From the IMG/VR virus record IMGVR_UViG_3300044477_000050, positions 1 through 24,843 of that record: 24,843 nucleotides of DNA; one strand, written 5' to 3'. A program made the position numbers and the translations under genes. How positions within the stretch are numbered: position 1 is the stretch's first letter; the number at the start of each line of letters is the position of its first letter. This document shows, one piece after another, positions 1 to 7,896 of the stretch. Source of the stretch: a virus. Taxonomy: Duplodnaviria; Caudoviricetes. Under the pieces are notes generated by a model that did no database searches, was not told the DNA's origin, and saw nothing but the letters and a program-made list of their open reading frames with translations.

Positions 1-45
1 GGTTTACTGGTTATCGACGGAAAGAATCGGAAAGATGATCAGTGA
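1..45 (+). CDS. Possible 3' end of an upstream gene (partial, ...GLLVIDGKNRKDDQ*)
   Basis: Frame 1 is open from the window edge to TGA 43-45; too short to verify. Confidence 0.3.
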   Translation, partial: GLLVIDGKNRKDDQ

Positions 46-50
46 ACCGC

Positions 51-277
51 CTCTTAATAGGTAAGGGAGACGCAAGGCGAATCGCTCGCTCGCCAGGCCA
101 CTGGCAAAGACGACTCCTGAAACCGCCCGCCACGGTCCGCCCTGGCCGGCAGCTCTCACCAACGGCCGTGGCAGATCATCCCCGCCCGGCTGTTGAACTT
201 GTTCGCTGTCACTACGTTTCGAGGTCCCGCGAGTCTTTGCGAACTAGGACCCACAAGCCTCGAAGTTGGGTGACGCA
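51..277 (+). promoter_or_regulatory. Structured non-coding leader upstream of the packaging genes
   Basis: Stems at 76-80/90-94, 92-96/101-105, 129-137/164-172 and a 17-position stem 208-224/258-274 with 2 mismatches; no convincing ORF. Confidence 0.4.
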
Positions 278-285
278 CTAATCTC

Positions 286-471
286 ATGCCTCGCCGCCTA
301 GTCATCAACGTCCCGCGCAGCTGGACACGCAAGCGCAACCGACGCGAGCTGACTGCTCGTCTAGCGGAGTTTGACGACCGGTTGGTGATGGTGGGACGTC
401 AGATGGCAAATGACAGCGACGTAGCGACAGAACGGAACGGCCGTGAAGACGGAACAAATCAGCACGGCTAA
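286..471 (+). CDS. Small basic hypothetical protein (61 aa)
   Basis: ATG ORF in the operon direction, overlapping the terS start by 29 nt; no recognisable motif. Confidence 0.4.
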   Translation: MPRRLVINVPRSWTRKRNRRELTARLAEFDDRLVMVGRQMANDSDVATERNGREDGTNQHG

Positions 472-940
472 GCACGACGAGATACTCGATAGACGCGCGA
501 AGGTTTGGGAGATGCGGGTCGGTGGAATGACGGTGCGAGAGATTGCGACCGACTTGGGCGTCGGCGTTGCAACGATTCAGCGTGACCTCGATGCGGTTCG
601 TGAAGAGCTTGACGAGTCTACCAAGTTTCACGCCGAGACCGACCGAGCTATTGCAGCAGCAAGGCTCGACAAGGTGGCGCGCAAGCTAATCGCCGGGATC
701 GAAATGGTCGACGTGCCAGACCTGCCTTCGGTAGCTAACGCGCTAGCTAAGATAGAGGACAGGCGAGCAAAGCTCCTAGGTCTTGACGCGGCAACAAAGA
801 CAGAATTAACCGGGGCAGATGGCGGCCCGTTGAAGGTCGACGCTCGTGACAGTCTCCTCCGAAAGCTCTCTAGCCTCGCAGCTTGCGAGGATACCGAGAG
901 CGAAGCTTCGAGCGATAATTCAGCAACTGACGCCGGCTGA
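443..940 (+). CDS. terS: Terminase small subunit (N-terminal HTH)
   Basis: HTH GMTVREIATDLGVGVATIQRDL, helical middle, RRAKLLGLDA and KTELTGADGGP motifs typical of TerS; directly upstream of TerL. Confidence 0.85.
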   Translation: MKTEQISTAKHDEILDRRAKVWEMRVGGMTVREIATDLGVGVATIQRDLDAVREELDESTKFHAETDRAIAAARLDKVARKLIAGIEMVDVPDLPSVANALAKIEDRRAKLLGLDAATKTELTGADGGPLKVDARDSLLRKLSSLAACEDTESEASSDNSATDAG

Positions 941-2216
941 GGCTGATGCTGCTCAGTCCGTATGGGAGCTATGGCGCAGACCGAATCAGGTCCCGCCCGA
1001 TTGGGACTGGATTGTTTGGCTAATTCTCGCTGGACGTGGCTTTGGTAAGACTAGGACTGGTGCCGAGACTGTTCGGGAGTGGAAGCGTCGCGGTCACCAA
1101 TACGTCAACCTAATCGGTGCAACCGCTGACGATGCCCGCGACATTATGGTCGACGGGGAAAGCGGCGTTCTCGCTGTTTGCCCCAAAGAAGAGCGACCTT
1201 TCTACAAGAAAAGCGAACGCGCTCTTATATGGCCAGACGGTTCGAAGTCGCTGATATTCACCGCTGACGAGCCAGAGCGATTACGCGGTAAGCAGCACGG
1301 GAAACTATGGGCTGATGAGCTCGGCTCCTGGCGCTACCCTGACTCATGGGACCAGGCGATGTTTGGTCTTCGTCTTGGGAACAAGCCTCAAGCGATAGTC
1401 ACGACGACGCCGCGTCCTACTCCTATCATAAAAGCTTTAGCGAGTGACCCGACAACGGCGCTAACTCGCGGCTCCACGTACGACAATAAAGCGAACCTAG
1501 CCAAGAACTTTCTAACTAAGATCGTTGCCAAGTACGAAGGCACGAGGCTCGGAAGGCAAGAGCTAAACGCTGAGATTCTTGACGACAATCCTGGTGCACT
1601 GTGGAAGCGCGACACGATTGAATCGTCCCGCGTAAAACCGCAAGACGTCCCCGAGATTATCCGAATCGTTATCGGCGTCGACCCGGCTGTAAGCACCAAC
1701 GAGGGCAGCGATGACACTGGTATAGGTGCCGCTGGTATCGGACGAAATGGCCAAGTTTACGTACTAGAAGATGCCACGGTTCAGATGGCTGGCCCTCATG
1801 AGTGGGGCGCAGCTGTCGTGGCTTGTTTCGACAAGCACCAAGCCGATCGAATCGTTGCTGAGAAGAATCAAGGCGGCGATCTAGTCGAGTCGAACCTTCG
1901 AGCGCAACGCCCTTACCTGCCGATCACCACGGTACACGCGAAGAAGGGTAAAGCTCTTCGGGCTGAGCCAATCGCCGCACTTTACGAGCAGGGACTAGTT
2001 CATCACGTCGGTCTTCATCACAAGCTTGAGGACGAGATGTGTGATTGGAACCCGTCGCTACCGAATCAGAAGTCACCGAACCGTATCGATTGGCTCGTGT
2101 ACGCGGTGACTGAGTTACTTCCGGAAGTGGCGCTACCTCCTAGCAGTATGACCGAAGATTTGGAGAACGCGCGCTTCACGGCGACCAACTTCTCAAACCG
2201 ACAACGAGGATTCTGA
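846..2216 (+). CDS. terL: Terminase large subunit (ATPase plus RNase H-like nuclease)
   Basis: Walker A GRGFGKT, Walker B LWADE, motif III TTTP, nuclease IGVDP...DDTG...AEKNQGG, C-terminal SPNRID; GTG start inside terS. Confidence 0.96.
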   Translation: MTVSSESSLASQLARIPRAKLRAIIQQLTPAEADAAQSVWELWRRPNQVPPDWDWIVWLILAGRGFGKTRTGAETVREWKRRGHQYVNLIGATADDARDIMVDGESGVLAVCPKEERPFYKKSERALIWPDGSKSLIFTADEPERLRGKQHGKLWADELGSWRYPDSWDQAMFGLRLGNKPQAIVTTTPRPTPIIKALASDPTTALTRGSTYDNKANLAKNFLTKIVAKYEGTRLGRQELNAEILDDNPGALWKRDTIESSRVKPQDVPEIIRIVIGVDPAVSTNEGSDDTGIGAAGIGRNGQVYVLEDATVQMAGPHEWGAAVVACFDKHQADRIVAEKNQGGDLVESNLRAQRPYLPITTVHAKKGKALRAEPIAALYEQGLVHHVGLHHKLEDEMCDWNPSLPNQKSPNRIDWLVYAVTELLPEVALPPSSMTEDLENARFTATNFSNRQRGF

Positions 2217-2217
2217 C

Positions 2218-2853
2218 ATGGCACAATCAAAAGGCGCGCTTCAACACGGCGATAGGGCCGCACGGGAAGTTTCCGAACGTATTGGCGGCACCGTTGCTAC
2301 CACTGCGGAGCTAGCGGCTTTACCGCTGAAAATGCTTCGTGACGGCCAGTTCTGGCTTAACCAAGCAACCGGGCAAGCGTACGTTTACAAGTCGACGTCC
2401 GTAGCGGCAGAAGGTGGAATCGCCTGCACTGCCGGCGGTCGATTCCTTGCTGTCGGTGTTGGCCGAAGAACTATCACGGTCGGCGAAGCTGACTTGACCA
2501 CGGCGACCAACGGCACGGCGCAAACGATCAACGTTGGCCCTGCCCTTCCGACGGGCGCCCGCGTGGTCGGTTGCGACGTGACACTGGCCACGCAATTGAC
2601 TGGTGGATCTGCCACGGCTGTCACGTTGAGCGTTGGCATTTCTGGTGCCGCTACGGCGCTAATCAACGCGTTCGACGCGCTTGGCTCGACCGCTGGCGCT
2701 TCGTACGCTGCTGGCGCATCCGCTGCAACGCGCCCTCGTGGCTCGTATTCAGCTGCGCAAATCATCGCCACGTTTACCCCTGACTCCGGGCATGCGCTCA
2801 GTGGGCTCACCGCTGGCAGCGTGACGATCGATATTGATTACGTGGTCAGCTAA
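2218..2853 (+). CDS. Virion protein, probable head spike/decoration or fibre-like protein
   Basis: 211 aa, Ala/Thr/Gly-rich and beta-rich, ending in GSVTIDIDYV; located between terL and portal; coupled to the next gene by TAATG. Confidence 0.6.
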   Translation: MAQSKGALQHGDRAAREVSERIGGTVATTAELAALPLKMLRDGQFWLNQATGQAYVYKSTSVAAEGGIACTAGGRFLAVGVGRRTITVGEADLTTATNGTAQTINVGPALPTGARVVGCDVTLATQLTGGSATAVTLSVGISGAATALINAFDALGSTAGASYAAGASAATRPRGSYSAAQIIATFTPDSGHALSGLTAGSVTIDIDYVVS

Positions 2854-3314
2854 TGGCGCGTAACACCACACTCAAAGACCGCGGGGTAATCATCGCGCGG
2901 TCTGCTGCGGCTCTCATTGCCGCGGATAACGCAACGCTGACCGATGCGAATATCGCCCCGGCTTCCGCGCTCGACTGCTCGGGGCTCGACACGATATTCG
3001 TTGGAGTCGAGATTACCGGCGGCACGTCGCCCACGATGACGGTAGAACCGTTGTTCCGCGACGAAGGCGCCGCCGATGGGTCTCGCTGGTTTAGGCTAAA
3101 GACCGGAGCGCTTGACGGCGTAACGCCTGCGGCTGTCGCAAACCAGTCGACTGGTGCCTTAGCCTCGAATGTTGACTTCGTAGAGCTTCGCGTATTCGGT
3201 CAAAAAGTTTTTCTTCGTATCTCCGCGGTTGCAAACGCTACTAGCACGACTGCGTGGAAAATTCTCGTTATGCCGGGCAAGGTTCGCCCGGTTGGTAACT
3301 TCGTTCGGTACTAA
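2853..3314 (+). CDS. Hypothetical virion protein, predicted all-beta (jelly-roll-like)
   Basis: 153 aa with alternating hydrophobic strands (TIFVGVEI, MTVEPLF, FVELRVF, VFLRIS, WKILV); TAATG coupling. Confidence 0.6.
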   Translation: MARNTTLKDRGVIIARSAAALIAADNATLTDANIAPASALDCSGLDTIFVGVEITGGTSPTMTVEPLFRDEGAADGSRWFRLKTGALDGVTPAAVANQSTGALASNVDFVELRVFGQKVFLRISAVANATSTTAWKILVMPGKVRPVGNFVRY

Positions 3315-3317
3315 AGC

Positions 3318-4727
3318 ATGTCACGCCGCAAGGCCTCAAAACAGCCTGTAGGCGTGCCTGGTGGCGCGAACGTAGAGGCGCCTAAGCCAACGACGTCGGA
3401 CGTAATCCTTCCGCGCGTCGCAACGGCTGATCCGCCTCTAGTTCAGCAGTTCAACCGCATTGGCGGTAACCTAACCCCGCAGACAATTAGCGCGATCCTC
3501 TCGATGGCAGACATCGGCAGGATTTCGCGATTCGTCGATTTGATGCACGAAATGCGTCAAAAGGACGGGCATCTACAGTGCTGTTTGCAGGCCGCTGAAT
3601 ACTCGATCGGTTCCCTACCGTGGGACATTGACCCGCCGCCGAATGCTAACCGCAAGGAGCGCAAGATTGCCGCATTGGCAAAGGATTCGCTCGCGGCTAA
3701 TGGGCAATTTCGAACGCTAATCGAGCACTTTGCAGGTGAGGGTCCGCTATTCGGTCACGCTCACAGTGAAGTGATTTGGGATGTGATTGACGGGGCAATG
3801 ATTCCCGTCAAGTTCAAGAATCTTAGCTGTCGTCGATTCGGTTTCCGAATGGCAGACGGCACACTGGCGTTTGACCCGCGCGGAGTTCTCGAGGCTGACG
3901 TCAACATTGCGGGCGTTGACCTACTCAAAGAGTACCCGCTTGGCAAGTTTCTCTCGTATCGACCACGCATCAACGGTGACGTCCCGGCCCGCGAAGGTTT
4001 GGCGCGTATCCTTGTTTGGTTGGCTCTAGGGCGCAACTGGACATACAAAGACTGGCTCGAATTCGCCGATCTGTTCTGGAAGCCAAAGCGCTTCGGGAAG
4101 TACCAAAAGGGCGCCGGCAAAGAGGACAAGCAAGCCATCATTGACATGCTTGAACAGGTCATGAACGGCGGTGTAGGGATCTTTCCTGAGACAACCGAGC
4201 CCGTGTTTCAATGGCCGCAGCTCGGAACCGGCGGCAAGAATAGCCCCCACAAAGAACTAAACGTCTGGATTGCCGGCGAGATCTCAAAGACGACGCTTGG
4301 CAGCACGGACATTGTGGAACCAAGCGAAAACGGCGCGAAAGCAGCCGTTGAAACGCGAAGTGAGCTCAAGACCGAGATTCGCAACGCTCGCGCAGTTGGT
4401 ATTGCAACCGAAGCAATTCAGCCGCTAATCGAAGCAATAACTCGACTCAATGGCGGGGACGGCGTTCGTGCTGGAACATTCAAGTTCATCACGGTTGAAC
4501 CTCCTGACCTTTCGAAGTTCGCTACCGCGGTCAAGGACCTAGCAGCTGCAAAGGTCCGCGTTGTCGAGTCATGGGTTCACGACCAAGCGGGAATGCCCGC
4601 GCCAAAACCCGACGACATTCTCGTCGGTGACCAGGTTGATGACGATGGTAACAGAGTCAAACCGTCCGAACGCGAAGACCAAGACGACGAGCTCGGAAAA
4701 GAGCCCGAGCCAAAGCAAGACGACTGA
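3318..4727 (+). CDS. Portal protein, DUF935 / Mu gp29-like
   Basis: EMRQKDGHLQ...LPWDIDPP, KDWLEF...PKRFGKY and EISKTTLG motifs; 469 aa; acidic C-terminal tail; position before the protease. Confidence 0.9.
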   Translation: MSRRKASKQPVGVPGGANVEAPKPTTSDVILPRVATADPPLVQQFNRIGGNLTPQTISAILSMADIGRISRFVDLMHEMRQKDGHLQCCLQAAEYSIGSLPWDIDPPPNANRKERKIAALAKDSLAANGQFRTLIEHFAGEGPLFGHAHSEVIWDVIDGAMIPVKFKNLSCRRFGFRMADGTLAFDPRGVLEADVNIAGVDLLKEYPLGKFLSYRPRINGDVPAREGLARILVWLALGRNWTYKDWLEFADLFWKPKRFGKYQKGAGKEDKQAIIDMLEQVMNGGVGIFPETTEPVFQWPQLGTGGKNSPHKELNVWIAGEISKTTLGSTDIVEPSENGAKAAVETRSELKTEIRNARAVGIATEAIQPLIEAITRLNGGDGVRAGTFKFITVEPPDLSKFATAVKDLAAAKVRVVESWVHDQAGMPAPKPDDILVGDQVDDDGNRVKPSEREDQDDELGKEPEPKQDD

Positions 4728-4807
4728 TTGGGTCGCTCGTCACGCTACCGAACGCGTTCAGCAAACGAACCACTTTCACCGCGGCGTAGAGCCGTCCGGA
4801 CTACACA

Positions 4808-5899
4808 ATGCCGCAGGCAGAACAAGACCACGATGACGGACTGATTCGTCGATCGTACTCGCTTGGTTTCGACGTCAAGTCAATCGACCGCGATAGTCGG
4901 AGTATCGATTACGTTTTCAGCGATGACACGATCGACTCTTACGATGAGATTGTTGACCAGGATTGGGACTTATCGCGTTACCTGAAAAACCCGGTCATCC
5001 TCTACGACCACAACAAAGCAACGCGTTGGGGAGGAATCGACCCGAAGCATTCGCTTCCAATTGGTCGCGCTGAGAACGTACGAGTCGAAAACAACACATT
5101 GCGCGGCCGTGTGTTTCTGGCGAGCTCCGACGCCAATCCACTCGCTGAACAGTGCTGGAAGCTAATACTTGAGAATATTCTTCGCGCCGGTTCTGTCGGG
5201 TTTGTTCCTGGCGACGTCATCGAAGAAAAGCGTGACGGTAAGGAAATATACCGGCTACGCAAGAACAAGCTTTTTGAGTACTCGCTGACCCCTATCGGAG
5301 CAAACGAGAACGCTTTAGCAAACTCAGCACATAGTGAGCGCGACCGTGCGCTTCTCAAGTCGTGGGCGCAGCGCGCAATCATCATTTCGTCATCGCCCCT
5401 CGGCGAGAATGGAACAACAGGTATGGATCCTAAAGAGTTGGAAGCCGAGGTAGCTCGGTTGAAGTCTGCCAATGCAGCGCTCGAAATCAAGGCGAGCGAA
5501 TCGGCAGGTGAAGCAAAGAAAAACCTCGCCGCTAAAGAGTCGTTGGAAGCCAAGTGCTCCACGCTTGAAACGCAAAACAAGACGCTCGAAGACGAGAACG
5601 CCAGCCTCAAAGGGCAGCTAATCGCTTCCGAAGTGACGCCCCTTGTTGGTAAGAAAATCGCGCCGGCTCAACTCGAGAAGTTCGTCAAGCTGCGCCTTGA
5701 ATGGGGCAAAGAAGATTTCGACGACTTCGTGAAGAACATGGCTGATTTGCCGCACACGAAGACAATCACCGAAGACAACGGCGCAACCAACAAGAACACC
5801 GCGACGGGCAACAAGAGCACTGGCGCTTCCAAGGTTTTAGCTGCAGCGCTCAAGGCCGCTGAAAAAGCCTCCGGCGAAGATTCCACCGTCGAAGCCTAA
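4808..5899 (+). CDS. HK97-family prohead protease fused to a coiled-coil scaffold domain
   Basis: KNPVILYDHN (catalytic His), PIGRA, RAGSVGF (catalytic Ser), LFEYSLTPIGANENAL; C-terminal half is an E/K/A-rich coiled coil. Confidence 0.92.
   Translation: MPQAEQDHDDGLIRRSYSLGFDVKSIDRDSRSIDYVFSDDTIDSYDEIVDQDWDLSRYLKNPVILYDHNKATRWGGIDPKHSLPIGRAENVRVENNTLRGRVFLASSDANPLAEQCWKLILENILRAGSVGFVPGDVIEEKRDGKEIYRLRKNKLFEYSLTPIGANENALANSAHSERDRALLKSWAQRAIIISSSPLGENGTTGMDPKELEAEVARLKSANAALEIKASESAGEAKKNLAAKESLEAKCSTLETQNKTLEDENASLKGQLIASEVTPLVGKKIAPAQLEKFVKLRLEWGKEDFDDFVKNMADLPHTKTITEDNGATNKNTATGNKSTGASKVLAAALKAAEKASGEDSTVEA
5423..5899 (+). CDS. Putative scaffold protein from an in-frame internal start (MDPKELEAEV..., 158 aa)
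   Basis: In-frame ATG at the protease/coiled-coil boundary, preceded by GGAACAACAGGT; analogous to lambda C/Nu3 and Mu I/Z. Confidence 0.5.
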   Translation: MDPKELEAEVARLKSANAALEIKASESAGEAKKNLAAKESLEAKCSTLETQNKTLEDENASLKGQLIASEVTPLVGKKIAPAQLEKFVKLRLEWGKEDFDDFVKNMADLPHTKTITEDNGATNKNTATGNKSTGASKVLAAALKAAEKASGEDSTVEA

Positions 5900-5938
5900 T
5901 CGCTCGACAGGCACACAAGTTACACAGGAGTAACACAC

Positions 5939-6373
5939 ATGGGCGTTATTAGACCGACGGTACGCGTTAGCGCTACCGAGGCGAAGTCATATTTAGTTTC
6001 CGGGACGATCCGCAAGGGATTTCCCGTCAAAATCAGCGATGCGACCACGACCCCGAAAACGATCGTTGAGTGCACCGCAAACACCGACGATTGCATCGGT
6101 ATCTCGCGCGATGCTGGCGATGCAACCGGGGCAACCGGTCTCAAGCAGATCGTTGTTTACGGACACGGAGGCATTGTCCCCGTGCTCGTTGGAACCGGCG
6201 GCGCAACGGCTGGCAAAGCGGCTCGGCTTGCGGCTGCAGCTGACGGCGTAACCGACGCGACCACTGGCGGCGGAACAACGAAGATCGTTGAGCTCGGCCC
6301 CTTCGAAGATACCGGCGTAGCGGGCGACATCGTTGGTCTTCGTCTCAACATCACCCCCACGGTTGGGAGTTAA
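5939..6373 (+). CDS. Capsid cement/decoration protein (DUF2190-like)
   Basis: 144 aa Gly/Ala/Thr-rich, with CIGISR, GIVPVLVG...AG and AGDIV motifs; between protease and capsid; AGGAG RBS. Confidence 0.75.
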   Translation: MGVIRPTVRVSATEAKSYLVSGTIRKGFPVKISDATTTPKTIVECTANTDDCIGISRDAGDATGATGLKQIVVYGHGGIVPVLVGTGGATAGKAARLAAAADGVTDATTGGGTTKIVELGPFEDTGVAGDIVGLRLNITPTVGS

Positions 6374-6379
6374 CACACA

Positions 6380-7543
6380 ATGGAACGATTTTTCTCCGAG
6401 AATCTCCCGGTTTTACGAACTCCCGAGGGGAAAGCGTACGAGGCCTATTTTAACCAGGTCAAGAAGTTCGCGAACCAATACGAGCGCAGCAAGGGCAAGC
6501 AATTAACCGGTCGGGCATTGCTCGATCCTGCGTTCAAGGAACTCATGGCGGAGATGGAACAGCTCAACGCTGACATCCTCGCAATGAAGGACGTTACCGG
6601 CGGTCCCGCGGCTGTCCATCAAGACACCGTGCTTGGTCAGTTGTCGGTCATGTACCGAAACGACGAGTTTATCGGGCGCTCGTTGATGCCCACCATCTTT
6701 ACCGGTGGCATGCTTTCCGGCGTTTACTTCACGTACGACAAGCGCGACCGTTTGGCGTACCCCGATGACTCGATGAGCGATCGGACACAACCGAACGAGC
6801 TCAACCAAAACCGCGGCAAAGGGACCTATGGTCTGCAACCTCGGTCTTTGATTGAAAACCTCGATTGGTTGATTGTGCAAAACCAATCCGCCCCGTTGAA
6901 CGAGGTTTTAGACCTCACGAACAACGTGCTTAACGGCATGGAGTTCAACGCGGAATTGCGCATCGCTTCAACGATTCAGGGATCTGGCAACTACGGCGGG
7001 AATACCACGGCAATCGCTGCGGCTGACCGCTGGGACACTGGCGCAGGTGGCGATCCTGCTGGTGTTATCGACGCTGCAAAGGCGGCCTGCTGGGGTGGTT
7101 CTGGCCCTGGTAAGTGGGTGATGAATACCTCGATCATCACGCACAACATTCTCAAACGTCACCCTCGGATTCTTGATTCGTTCAAGTACTCTGGGCAGCT
7201 CGGGAGCAGTGGTTTCGTTACCCGAAAGATGCTCGCCGAGTATTTCGAGGTCGACGAATATATCGTCGGCGCAGCTCGTAAAGACACGGCAAACATCGGG
7301 CAAACGGCGTCCTATTCACGTATCTGGGGAAACAGCGTCGCGATCACCCGCGTGTGTACGACCCCATCGCTTCGTAACGCGGCTTTCGGTTACACGCTCC
7401 AAGACAACCCCACGGTTTCTGAGCTGTTCTGGTTGCCCAGCGAAGGCGCCAAGGGTATGTATAAGGCCCGTACGTCCTACAGTGATCAGCAACTAGTGAT
7501 CGCTCCAACGAGCTCGTTCCTCGTCACCACCCCGATCGGATAA
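6380..7543 (+). CDS. Major capsid protein (HK97 fold) with an N-terminal extension of about 70 aa
   Basis: VHQDTVLGQLSVMYRNDEFIG, LKRHPRI, RIWGN and AFGYT motifs; 387 aa; position after protease and cement; GGGAG RBS. Confidence 0.9.
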   Translation: MERFFSENLPVLRTPEGKAYEAYFNQVKKFANQYERSKGKQLTGRALLDPAFKELMAEMEQLNADILAMKDVTGGPAAVHQDTVLGQLSVMYRNDEFIGRSLMPTIFTGGMLSGVYFTYDKRDRLAYPDDSMSDRTQPNELNQNRGKGTYGLQPRSLIENLDWLIVQNQSAPLNEVLDLTNNVLNGMEFNAELRIASTIQGSGNYGGNTTAIAAADRWDTGAGGDPAGVIDAAKAACWGGSGPGKWVMNTSIITHNILKRHPRILDSFKYSGQLGSSGFVTRKMLAEYFEVDEYIVGAARKDTANIGQTASYSRIWGNSVAITRVCTTPSLRNAAFGYTLQDNPTVSELFWLPSEGAKGMYKARTSYSDQQLVIAPTSSFLVTTPIG

Positions 7544-7548
7544 CCGCC

Positions 7549-7896
7549 ATGGCTGACGTAAAGGGAGGAAACGCGAAAGTCGTGGAAGTCGCCGAAGAAA
7601 AGAAGCTCTACACCGTGAATGGCCCCGGCTCGGTCACGGTGAAGGGGCAGATGTTCACGGCTGGTTCTGAGATCGAGCTGTCCAAGGAAGACGCGGCTTC
7701 GCTCGGTGACGCGGTAATGATCGGCAAGGCTCGCCCTGCCGACGTTATCGCTCGTCGCAAAGCGGGCCGCTATGTCGTCACAAAAGAACGCTCGCTCTGG
7801 ACCGAAGGCAAAATGCAAACGGCTGGGTTCGTGGTTGAACTCAGCGAAGACGAAGCGCGGAAACTCGGCGACACTGTAGAACCATTGTTTGAGTAA
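7549..7896 (+). CDS. Small head-associated protein with two tandem 38-aa domains (Mu gp35-like position)
   Basis: Repeat YTV...G...TAG..IELS.EDA..LGDAV versus YVV...G...TAG..VELS.DEA..LGDTV; immediately after the capsid gene. Confidence 0.7.
   Translation: MADVKGGNAKVVEVAEEKKLYTVNGPGSVTVKGQMFTAGSEIELSKEDAASLGDAVMIGKARPADVIARRKAGRYVVTKERSLWTEGKMQTAGFVVELSEDEARKLGDTVEPLFE

Noticed and set aside
92-172. HDV-like ribozyme (crossed P1/P2 pairings, GG after P1)
   Set aside because: The P3/L3 segment is too short (GG-TCCGC-CC) and there is no C-N-A-A junction before the P2 3' strand.
42-281. 79-aa + strand ORF
   Set aside because: Arg/Pro-rich low-information translation over a hairpin-rich region; better explained as non-coding.
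5002-5610. 202-aa minus-strand ORF, and other antisense or alternate-frame ORFs inside structural genes
   Set aside because: Shadows of well-supported genes, with no RBS or motifs.
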